Below, piece by piece: positions 26,501 through 33,873 of a DNA stretch of 35,602 nt. The position numbers were made by a program, and so were the translations under genes. The stretch is from Candidatus Hydrogenedentota bacterium (GTDB lineage Bacteria > Hydrogenedentota > Hydrogenedentia > Hydrogenedentales > GCA-2746185). The notes below the pieces were generated by a model. That model was not told where the DNA came from. It was given only the letters and a program-made list of their open reading frames with translations, and did not search any database. The stretch is taken from positions 1-35,602 of the forward strand of contig JAYGCN010000026.1 of the NCBI GenBank assembly GCA_046583315.1, given 5' to 3'. Within the stretch, counting starts at the first letter, position 1. Each line of letters begins with the position of its first letter.

Positions 26501-29366
26501 GGAATCAATCCAGCAGGAACGCGATGAGCAGACGAACCATATCAACTCTTCCAATGAAGCATCCGCAGAAGTCCGCGCAGAACTCGAACGTTCAACGACG
26601 GATCTGGTTCGCGCTCAAGCCGATATCGAGACATTGCAAGCCGACCTGGAGTCACGTGGACGGCAGGCCGAGCAGTTGACGGATGAATTGGCGACGGCCG
26701 TCGAGCAGGTGGCCTCGTTGCGAACGGAGATGGAGCAGCAAGGACTCGAACACGCCACTCTGCTCGAACAGCACGACACGACGAAGTCTCAACTTGAACA
26801 AACCGAACAACAAGTGGATACGCTCGGAACCCGGGTTAGCGATTTGCAATCGGCGAGTGTTGCCGACAAGACTGTGCGTCAGGAGTTGCAGGCGCGGCTG
26901 GCTCAGGAAACGGAGAGGGCCCGGATCAGCGAGGAAACGCTCGAACGGCTCACGAATGAATTGGCCGTGGCCGCAGAGGCCCATGCCGATATGCAAGCCA
27001 CACTCAACAGCTCCAGGGATACGATTGCGAAATTGGAATCACAACTGGAAGCCTTGACTGCGGCGCAGGTCGAGACCCAGGTTGCTCTGGTTGATACACA
27101 GTCCAAAGTGGACTTATTGATCCATCAGCAGGAAGAATCCCGCATTCAAGTCGAAGGGCTTGAGGCTGAACTGGATGACGCCAAAGCGACAATTAGGTCG
27201 GCGACCACAAAACTCGACGCACGCGAAGAATCTCTTTCACTCCTTCGCACCAAGGCGGTTACCCTTACAGCTCAGATTGAAGAGCAGGCAACCGAAATTG
27301 AGACTGGGCAAACGCAGCTTTCCGCATTGGAGTCCGACTATGCGAAGGTACAGCATGAACGGGATCGAATAGAGGATAGTGCTGCGGCCTTGCGTCGGGA
27401 ACTGGACACGTCGCGTGACCAGCTTGGCCAATCATTGTCCCAAGCGCAACAAGACTCGGCCGATTTGGCTGCGCAACTGGAATCGCGTACCGAAGAGCAT
27501 CGTGCGGCCGAAACGCGCATACATGTATTGGAATCTGACTATTCTCAACTACAGCGTGAACGCGAAACCATAGAGAATCACGCGACAGAGTTGCGGGGAT
27601 CGCTGGAAACGTTGCGCGGAGAGCAAGCTGCGTTGTCAACGGATCACGTCTCACTTACCGAACAGCATGGGTCGATCGAAGAAAAACTTTCCGAGCAGCT
27701 GCAACAGATCGCGTCACTATCTTCAGAGTTGGAAGGACTGCATCGCGACCGTGACACGCTCGGTAATGAATTGGCCGATGCGCATGAGCGCGACATTCAG
27801 CGTAAGACCTTGGAAGAAAACCTGACTATACTTCAAGAAAATTATGCGACCGTCACCGAAGAACGTGCTTCCCTTTCAGAGAACCTGAAACAAGTATGCG
27901 AAACCCTCATAGAGAAGCAGGTGAAATTGGACTCTTTGGGTCTTATTGTCATGGAACAAAGTATCGATATGGGGAAATTCGATTCCGAACGCGGTTATCT
28001 GGTTACCGTGCGTGCGGATCTCCGAGAAGAACTTGAAGAAACGCGCGTTTCGATTGCCGAACTCGAAGAGCAACTGATCGAGACGGAGCGTGCCCGTGAA
28101 ACCCTTGAAATTGACATACAAGAGCGTGACGCGAGCGTTGCGACCCTGGCTGAACAGCGCGCGACGTTGAAATCTGAATTTGACGACCTGCAAAATCAAT
28201 TGAATGCACAAGAACAGGCGCATCGCAACCTGGAAGTATCCCACAAGGAAATGACTTCGTCGCGCGATACGCTTGAAAGCTCGCTCAATGCCCTCACGAA
28301 ACAATCCGATTCACTTGAGGCAAAACACGACGAATTGGTCACCACGCATGAAAATACCAGTCGCGATCTCTCCGAACGCGAGTCCGCTCTAGCGTCGCTT
28401 CAGGAAAAATACGAAGCCCTTAACGATGCTCATGCGACCACCGTTGGCGTACTCGAACGCAGCGATGCCGAATTCGAGCAACTGACCGAAGCGCAGCGTG
28501 CTCTGACCTTGGAGAGAACAGCACTTGGAGGCGATGTCCGTGATCGCGACGCGCAGATCGATGGGTTAACCCGTGAAGCTACGGTGCTTCGCTCATCAAT
28601 CGAATCGCTCGAGGGTGAACGTAGCGTGCTTCATACAAAAGCCTCCGAGTTGTCCGAAGAACGGATTACTCTCCAGGAGACCATTGAGGGCGTTCAACAA
28701 GATCTTGCGGAACAGCGCGCTCAACTGGCCCATGAAACCCAACACCGGGAAAGCGTGCAAAGCGAGCTGAACAATGCGAAGAATGAGTCCAATGAGTTGG
28801 GCGAACAGAAGCAGAAAGTGCAGACGCGCTTGGTGGAGCATGAAGCCAAGATCGTGGGATTAAATCAAACGATAGTGGAGTCACGTGCGGAGCTTGTTGC
28901 CACAAACAAGCGCGTCGATGACGAAGGGGCACGTGCAGGGCAGATCGAAGCCGCGCTTGCCGATGCCCGGCAGGAATCGGATCATGCCTACGAGAATGTC
29001 AGTCAACTCGAGTTGCAGATTATCGATCTGGAAAAAGTAGAACAGGATCTCAGGCAGCAGGTTGAAGAACTGAACGTTGAGAATCAGAATGTCCATACCG
29101 ATCTTACGCAGCGCGTCAAACACGAGCAGACCCTTCGCGAGAAAGTCGACGCGACACGTGACTCACTCAAGGAAACGGGTCAGGAACTGGATTGGGCGCA
29201 AGTGGTCCAACGCAAGATGAAGGGGCGAATTGACGAACTCCAGTCCGAATGGAATACGATTCGGCACGAAGAACTGCCTAAGGCGCTTGAGCAAAAAGTT
29301 CAAGCGTTGCGTGAGAATCAGCGGCTTCGCGACGAGATAGACCTGCTCCGCAAGCAACTCTGGTAA
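23517..29366 (+). CDS. Giant coiled-coil protein with an N-terminal TPR-like domain (alternative start GTG 23481)
   Basis: Uninterrupted ~1950-codon ORF. N-terminal helical repeat (ALAILDKL...P.D.DI..ARAFCLGRLDRIDEA); the remainder is E/Q/L/A/R-rich and almost Pro-free. No ATPase motif, TM segment or signal peptide seen. Confidence 0.85.
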   Translation: MTQYERHQLADEASRLLKEEQDEKALAILDKLAVTLPKDVDIQAARAFCLGRLDRIDEAYVVLDMARVHGNTPRLKQTVSFLNSRRGRPDLSTVSTKGHHTHKSVLPVLDIRNDSNQELTKKLRAIQNTFASEIAGHREREEEARKRALHVEKALRDKESTLQGALSRNVELELLLSQLGEEVSNLQQGLLESTGPQLRVIEAEPAQSTDTLVEDILDHKIEMDRLNVLIDERDVTLTDAFRKTAELKKEVASLQSELKSMSENRDAEQAAIDDIQVRESGWGGERLVFQATIDELTNRCHGVEEQLRTSEAREAELRAQNIQIEQSDSAGQAEQASMLSQAQESRAALEGDIISLRDQLDVLKQKSASGKVAIEEYETRENRWENDRSVLQASIDKLTNRCGEVEEKLLSSEAHEAELAAEVTQALENAFTIDAERIQKLDDVEQARAALESEVTTLCDDLRALKESHDNQQGASEDYQAREYAWDEERLVLQASIDELTSRCERVEDQIRIGEELETKLRAQVAQALDSGTAADADRIKKLNDAEDSRIALEKDVLSLRGQLDALKETRDSDQATSEEYQNRESAWDDERISLQASIDELTDRCGAVSDQLKATGRVELELRAQVAQTSEVDSAAENELAERHHEAEQSHAELVATHEELYRVVLGLQDQVDQAELSETASNEEKEATAAQLSELRSGLADVADALEAERSRSTDLQALISAHEQEKRTLNQKIDSRAQEHLALQTQVAEFQTTIEDYQAQRDTLHAVKTSLESQLQDLSQLRDQIQSELDEARVNLSTTEQRVVEKSEEHEGAVQAIEESTRQVDTLEASLAETQEQREQAEQRLTQYSDELAAVTQSRDALGQDLVAAKNERDRLTLELTQAHADFKLVDQSEVVRLEEVSHLQRQLREMESTEFARRTEVNSLRTETESLREEHANALAEHAALAARGTTLETELAAAEASIAELSQARTAVVESRDALENALNDAQSHLESIQQERDEQTNHINSSNEASAEVRAELERSTTDLVRAQADIETLQADLESRGRQAEQLTDELATAVEQVASLRTEMEQQGLEHATLLEQHDTTKSQLEQTEQQVDTLGTRVSDLQSASVADKTVRQELQARLAQETERARISEETLERLTNELAVAAEAHADMQATLNSSRDTIAKLESQLEALTAAQVETQVALVDTQSKVDLLIHQQEESRIQVEGLEAELDDAKATIRSATTKLDAREESLSLLRTKAVTLTAQIEEQATEIETGQTQLSALESDYAKVQHERDRIEDSAAALRRELDTSRDQLGQSLSQAQQDSADLAAQLESRTEEHRAAETRIHVLESDYSQLQRERETIENHATELRGSLETLRGEQAALSTDHVSLTEQHGSIEEKLSEQLQQIASLSSELEGLHRDRDTLGNELADAHERDIQRKTLEENLTILQENYATVTEERASLSENLKQVCETLIEKQVKLDSLGLIVMEQSIDMGKFDSERGYLVTVRADLREELEETRVSIAELEEQLIETERARETLEIDIQERDASVATLAEQRATLKSEFDDLQNQLNAQEQAHRNLEVSHKEMTSSRDTLESSLNALTKQSDSLEAKHDELVTTHENTSRDLSERESALASLQEKYEALNDAHATTVGVLERSDAEFEQLTEAQRALTLERTALGGDVRDRDAQIDGLTREATVLRSSIESLEGERSVLHTKASELSEERITLQETIEGVQQDLAEQRAQLAHETQHRESVQSELNNAKNESNELGEQKQKVQTRLVEHEAKIVGLNQTIVESRAELVATNKRVDDEGARAGQIEAALADARQESDHAYENVSQLELQIIDLEKVEQDLRQQVEELNVENQNVHTDLTQRVKHEQTLREKVDATRDSLKETGQELDWAQVVQRKMKGRIDELQSEWNTIRHEELPKALEQKVQALRENQRLRDEIDLLRKQLW
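24345..25420 (+). repeat. Four diverged intragenic repeats with 306-bp (102-aa) periodicity
   Basis: Conserved Trp codons at 24360, 24666, 24972 and 25278 within the motif RExxWxxERxxLQASIDELTxRC. Confidence 0.9.
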
Positions 29367-29368
29367 TT

Positions 29369-29728
29369 TTACTCTTCTAGCGCAACGCGAATGCGTGCCT
29401 GCAACACCTTTACCCGATCGGGTTCGTATTCACGGCATCGATCCAGGAATTCCAATATCTCCAAGCGAATTTTTCGGTGCTTGAAACCCTTTAATTGCTC
29501 GGCCATTTTGCGCAGTGTCAACACTCCGGCCTCAACCAGCCTTTCGTGATCCCGCTCTCGGTACACGCGCGAATTCTCGATTTCGTCGCGCTTCGATTGC
29601 GGCAGATCATCCCAGACGGCATCCAAGTCGGCCAGGAAACGCAAGGGTCCCAGCAACTCATCCAATATGGAAAGCATATCGGAGAGAATCTTCCAATCGT
29701 TTTCTGTTTTCGAGGAGAACAACATCAA
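29369..29728 (-). CDS. Hypothetical helical protein
   Basis: 119-aa charged helical ORF filling the gap downstream of the VOC gene and convergent with the giant ORF (2-bp gap). Confidence 0.6.
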   Translation of the reverse strand: MMLFSSKTENDWKILSDMLSILDELLGPLRFLADLDAVWDDLPQSKRDEIENSRVYRERDHERLVEAGVLTLRKMAEQLKGFKHRKIRLEILEFLDRCREYEPDRVKVLQARIRVALEE

Positions 29729-29747
29729 CTACACCATACCACAAGAA

Positions 29748-30671
29748 TTACTTGTCGGACTCCCATGCACCGTCTGGTAACGGCCGAGCTTCCACGATTT
29801 CGATCAATACTTTGTCCGGCCCCCGCACGAAGAAGGACTTCAAGTCATAATCCTTATCGTGGGCGATGGGTTTTACAATATCGACACCGTTGGCTTTCAT
29901 GCGGGCTAGGACGGGTTCAATGTCGCGATACGAAAACGCCAGGTGATCGATGACGCGGCCGTCGCTGGCAAGCAATTCGCCTACTGGAGGATCGGCCCAC
30001 CAGTTGACCGTATCGTTGCTCGGTTTGGCGAAAATATTAATGGTCACGCCATTCGGAGTCGATACCTGACTCATCCAGAGATAACGGAATGCCAATCCGC
30101 CAGCAGAATCAAAGTCGTCCGGAGCCTTGGGCGGTTTTGGGGCAATTCGGGCAGGTCCTTTGGCATTGAGATTCTTGATGTACCATTCCGTAGCAGCACC
30201 AACGTCATCGGAGAAGAGGTGGACATGTCCAAAGCGGTTGTGACGGAATCCGGTCCACACTTCAACCACTTCCTTGTCCGGACCGAAGGCATACATGTAG
30301 TGTTCTTCGCCCAGGGATTGCAAACCCGTCTGCCATTTTACGCCGAGCTTATCGCGCCATTCGAATTCACCCGGTCCATTCACGCCACCCCAGCCGAGAT
30401 GGTAGATGCCGCTGGTCATTTCCCAGGGAGCGGGTTTATCTACTTTGTTGAACAGAAAGAATGAGCGATCCGTAAGTACCGCGTCGGATACCCCGCGAAA
30501 CTTCACGCGTGGCGCTCCGAATATTTTCCCATAGTATTCAATCGATGCTTCCGGATCGACCACGTTGAGGTGGGCATGGTGAAAATTCGGGGCTTCGGGT
30601 TCTGCGGCAAAGGCCGGTACGACGATGCTGCAGGCGAAAGCGACGCAACATCCTACAAGAGTCCGTTTCAT
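29748..30671 (-). CDS. Secreted tandem VOC/glyoxalase-family protein
   Basis: Signal peptide from ATG 30671 (MKRTLVG...AFA); FHHAHLNV, IYHLGW, GPDKEVVEV, FGHVHL, IDHLAF and GPDKVLIEIVE. Confidence 0.85.
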   Translation of the reverse strand: MKRTLVGCCVAFACSIVVPAFAAEPEAPNFHHAHLNVVDPEASIEYYGKIFGAPRVKFRGVSDAVLTDRSFFLFNKVDKPAPWEMTSGIYHLGWGGVNGPGEFEWRDKLGVKWQTGLQSLGEEHYMYAFGPDKEVVEVWTGFRHNRFGHVHLFSDDVGAATEWYIKNLNAKGPARIAPKPPKAPDDFDSAGGLAFRYLWMSQVSTPNGVTINIFAKPSNDTVNWWADPPVGELLASDGRVIDHLAFSYRDIEPVLARMKANGVDIVKPIAHDKDYDLKSFFVRGPDKVLIEIVEARPLPDGAWESDK

Positions 30672-30784
30672 TATGAGATCCTTATTATGTATTGAGACCG
30701 TATTCGTCGAATGACAGGTTCTCACTATAGCAGATATATTGAGAAAATCAAACCGGGGAACATTGGGTGGCAAGCGGACATTGC

Positions 30785-31522
30785 TCAGCCGATTAGCAAG
30801 CCCAGATTGCGAAAGATCAGGAGGGACCCCATGATAACTGCAGCCAGAAGCGTCAGGCGACGGAATGTTGCCTGCGGGACTTTGGTGGACACTCGTGCAC
30901 CGGCAAATCCGCCGAGTAAAACCGCAGGGACGAATATGCTGATGAGCATAATTGAGGACTGAGAATAGGCACCGTTATAGGTGTAACCAGTCATTGCCAC
31001 TACGCCCAGCACCGCGAAATAAATGAGGATATTGGCTCGGAACTGGTTTTTGTCCATGTTTTGATTGGTCAAGAACAATACTATTGGAGGTCCGGCCATG
31101 GAAAAACTGGTGGCCATGATGCCGCTCAAGAAACCAATCGGAAATAACGCAGGAAGTTGACGCTTGATGGGGTAACTCCAGCCGGTCAACATCGTGAACG
31201 ACATAACGACCAGCAGGATGCCGATGGTGATCTTTAACAGGGGGCCATCGAAATGCTGCAACACAAACATGCCCGCTGGCAGCCCTATGATGGCACCGAT
31301 CACGAGCGGCCCGACCAACAGAGGTTGAATTTGGCTACGTTCCTTCCAGGCAAGCGGTAGACTCAGAAATACGCTCAACGCAATCTGCATGGGCACCACT
31401 TCGGCTGCCGCGAGTACCATCAGCAGGGGTGGCACAGAGATGAGGCCAAAACCAAAACCCAGGCACCCCTGGAGAAATCCACCGAGCAGCACGGCGATCG
31501 TTCCTACGACGTATATTTCCAC
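30785..31522 (-). CDS. TauE/SafE (TSUP) family membrane transporter
   Basis: GGFLQGCLGFGFGL, GAIIGLPAG, GFLSG...AGPP and FRAN; about 8 TM segments. Confidence 0.88.
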   Translation of the reverse strand: MEIYVVGTIAVLLGGFLQGCLGFGFGLISVPPLLMVLAAAEVVPMQIALSVFLSLPLAWKERSQIQPLLVGPLVIGAIIGLPAGMFVLQHFDGPLLKITIGILLVVMSFTMLTGWSYPIKRQLPALFPIGFLSGIMATSFSMAGPPIVLFLTNQNMDKNQFRANILIYFAVLGVVAMTGYTYNGAYSQSSIMLISIFVPAVLLGGFAGARVSTKVPQATFRRLTLLAAVIMGSLLIFRNLGLLIG

Positions 31523-31586
31523 TCAGCACTCCAAGGTGATGGGAGGCCTCCTTCCCCCAAGGCCAGACACGCACTAGCTTGACGGA

Positions 31587-32180
31587 TTAGACCGTCAAAT
31601 TCAAGAATGTTCCCGAGTCGGTGTTGAAGGGGAAAGTCTGCCCGTTCACCTGAAACGATCCGCCCGCTTTAGGTTCGGGGTGCTCACCGCTCAGACGCGC
31701 CTGTACATCGCGTGCGGAATCATTCAGCGCGTTCACGAAATTGAGGGCGTTTGCAGAAGGGTTTGGCAAGCGGAATTCCAGTCGGTTGCTGAGTTCACCC
31801 TTGCCGGAAGAGGTAGCGAAGGCATTCGATGATTTTTCATCGCGTCGCCCTGCGAGTGCACCAATGCCGGAGCTCTCCCGGTCTTCGGCCGCCTTTCGCT
31901 GGAACCCGATTTGAACCTCCCGAATGGTCGGGATGAGTTCACGTACACCTGCCACCGTTCGGCTAATGGTGCTCAATGCTGCACCGGGGCCAGAAAGAAG
32001 TACACTACTACGCGAATCATCGGATTTGCGAAACAAGGACGGCTTATCGGATTTGTCCTTCTGGCCCAGCAGGCGAAGGCCCCTATCCGAGTCGCTACCG
32101 AGTAGCGAAACCGATGGAGCGCGGCGTACTGATCTTGGCCCAGCAAGGAATGAGGGCCCTTGTCCGATTGTCAGTCCCAT
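31587..32180 (-). CDS. Hypothetical low-complexity protein
   Basis: 197-aa S/G/R-rich ORF with a promoter-like element upstream; C-terminus GTFLNLTV. Confidence 0.55.
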   Translation of the reverse strand: MGLTIGQGPSFLAGPRSVRRAPSVSLLGSDSDRGLRLLGQKDKSDKPSLFRKSDDSRSSVLLSGPGAALSTISRTVAGVRELIPTIREVQIGFQRKAAEDRESSGIGALAGRRDEKSSNAFATSSGKGELSNRLEFRLPNPSANALNFVNALNDSARDVQARLSGEHPEPKAGGSFQVNGQTFPFNTDSGTFLNLTV

Positions 32181-32223
32181 AACGTGTTAAATCCACTTAT
32201 AACCACTACCCTTCACCTTGCGT

Positions 32224-32252
32224 ATTATTTCATAGATGTTCTGAGCTGTCAA
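32224..32252 (-). promoter_or_regulatory. Putative sigma70 promoter
   Basis: Minus strand TTGACA-17 bp-AATAAT, 43 bp upstream of ATG 32180. Confidence 0.55.
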
Positions 32253-32304
32253 CGATAAGTGACTTTAAGCCCCTATCATGGAGCAATTGAATTGATTGAA
32301 AGGG

Positions 32305-32333
32305 TCGAAATCTGCTTCAGAATACCCTATAAT
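32305..32333 (+). promoter_or_regulatory. Putative sigma70 promoter
   Basis: TCGAAA-17 bp-TATAAT upstream of ATG 32424. Confidence 0.45.
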
Positions 32334-32382
32334 ACGCCAACCAATCGAGCCAATTCCGACAAGACGGCGCTCGACGTACTTC

Positions 32383-32406
32383 CATTAAAACCAGCATTAA
32401 AACCAG
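32383..32406 (+). repeat. Perfect 12-bp tandem duplication CATTAAAACCAG x2
   Basis: Directly visible, 4 bp before the AGGAG RBS. Confidence 0.85.
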
Positions 32407-32423
32407 TTGCAGGAGAATTGAAT

Positions 32424-33755
32424 ATGAAACACTGGGCATCTACGACCGCGCTGATAATCGCCTGCGGTCTTCCCGTCGCGGCCATTGCCGAAGACCAGGT
32501 GACGTATACGAAAGACATCGCACCGATTTTTTATGAAAACTGTTTGTCGTGTCATCGCGACGGTGAAATTGGGCCATTCTCCATGGAAAGTTACGACACC
32601 ATTCGTCCCTGGGCCAAGTCCATCCGCAAGGCCGTCGCTGACAAAATCATGCCGCCTTGGCACGCTGACTCGGAGAAGACTAAGTTTCTGAATGATCGTA
32701 GTCTCAGCGATGCAGAAATTGAACGCATCACTACATGGGTCGACCAAGGTGCTAAACTAGGCAACCCCAAGGACCTGCCCGCCGCGCCCGAATTCCATGA
32801 CACTTGGGCCATGGGCGAGCCGGACTTCATCTTTCATGCCACCAGCGATTTTATCGTACCGGCTCTGGAACGAGAGATCCGCTACAAGAGCGTACACTTC
32901 GGGCCGGTACTTGAAGATGACATGTACATCATCGAATGGGAGATTCGTCCCACGGAACGCGCTTCTGTTCACCATGCCAATCTCGTGCAGGGGCCCAATC
33001 TCATGGATCGCGTGAGCATTGGCGGCGCTGTCCTTGCTGGCGGCGACTATATCGGTAGCTACCTGCCCGGCGCGCGCCCCTTCAAATATCCCGAAGGCAC
33101 TGCGCTCAAGATTCCGAAAGGGCACTCGGTTCAAATTCAGGTTCACTACATTGGACTTGAGGAGGAAGTCACCGACCATCTCATGTTTGGCGTCAAACTG
33201 GCCAACGGTCGCATGGACAAAATCATTCGTACCGCGGGTACCGACGACAACAGCATGGTCATCGCGCCCTACGACCCCAACCACACCATGGATACGGAAA
33301 TCACCTTGCTTCACCCGCTGACCATCTATTCCAGCGGAGCCCACATGCACTTGCGGGGCAAGTCCTATTCCATGACCGCCGTACTGCCCGACGGCACAAG
33401 CCACCTTATCGCCGATGTACCGCGTTACGACTTCAACTGGCAGGTCAATTATGAACTCGCCGAACCCATCAGCGTACCCAAAGGCACAAAGCTACAGGTG
33501 AAAGCCGCTTGGGACAACTCGGACAAGAATCCCTACAACCCTGACCCTTCACAGGAAGTCACCTACGGTCCCTGGACAGATGACGAAATGCTCGTCACCT
33601 GGGCACACGTCGTGCTTACCGAAGAGAAACTCGGCTATAAAATGGAAAACGGAAAAATCGTCGGTCAGTTCGACTACGGCATCACCACCCGCCACCCCGC
33701 GCTGCTCCAAACCCTGCCTGGCTCCATGGCTCCAAAGAAGAAGAAAACCGACTAG
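32424..33755 (+). CDS. Secreted cytochrome c / copper type II (PHM-like) monooxygenase-domain protein, copy 2
   Basis: AGGAG RBS; signal peptide; CLSCH; MPPW; VHH, VHY, AHMH, YDFNWQ and DEML. Colinear with 7925..9211. Confidence 0.78.
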   Translation: MKHWASTTALIIACGLPVAAIAEDQVTYTKDIAPIFYENCLSCHRDGEIGPFSMESYDTIRPWAKSIRKAVADKIMPPWHADSEKTKFLNDRSLSDAEIERITTWVDQGAKLGNPKDLPAAPEFHDTWAMGEPDFIFHATSDFIVPALEREIRYKSVHFGPVLEDDMYIIEWEIRPTERASVHHANLVQGPNLMDRVSIGGAVLAGGDYIGSYLPGARPFKYPEGTALKIPKGHSVQIQVHYIGLEEEVTDHLMFGVKLANGRMDKIIRTAGTDDNSMVIAPYDPNHTMDTEITLLHPLTIYSSGAHMHLRGKSYSMTAVLPDGTSHLIADVPRYDFNWQVNYELAEPISVPKGTKLQVKAAWDNSDKNPYNPDPSQEVTYGPWTDDEMLVTWAHVVLTEEKLGYKMENGKIVGQFDYGITTRHPALLQTLPGSMAPKKKKTD

Positions 33756-33779
33756 CTTCGAAAATATCTCTAATCTGTG

Positions 33780-33820
33780 CGGGGGTATGTTGCTGAAATG
33801 GCAACATACCCCCGTTTTTT
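33780..33820 (+). terminator. Intrinsic terminator
   Basis: Perfect 14-bp stem CGGGGGTATGTTGC / GCAACATACCCCCG followed by TTTTTT. Confidence 0.85.
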
Positions 33821-33873
33821 GGTAGAATTCCGCCCTTTACCGAGCATGTTTTCCCGGAACCGGAGTCTTTATT

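Noticed and set aside
23517..29366. SMC/SbcC ATPase or phage tape-measure protein
   Set aside because: No Walker motifs or hinge, no TM segments, and no phage genes nearby.
32259..32423. N-terminal extension of the 498-aa ORF (similarly 6521, 10503, 13419 and 30773 starts)
   Set aside because: Downstream starts have a better RBS or place the signal peptide or family N-terminus first.
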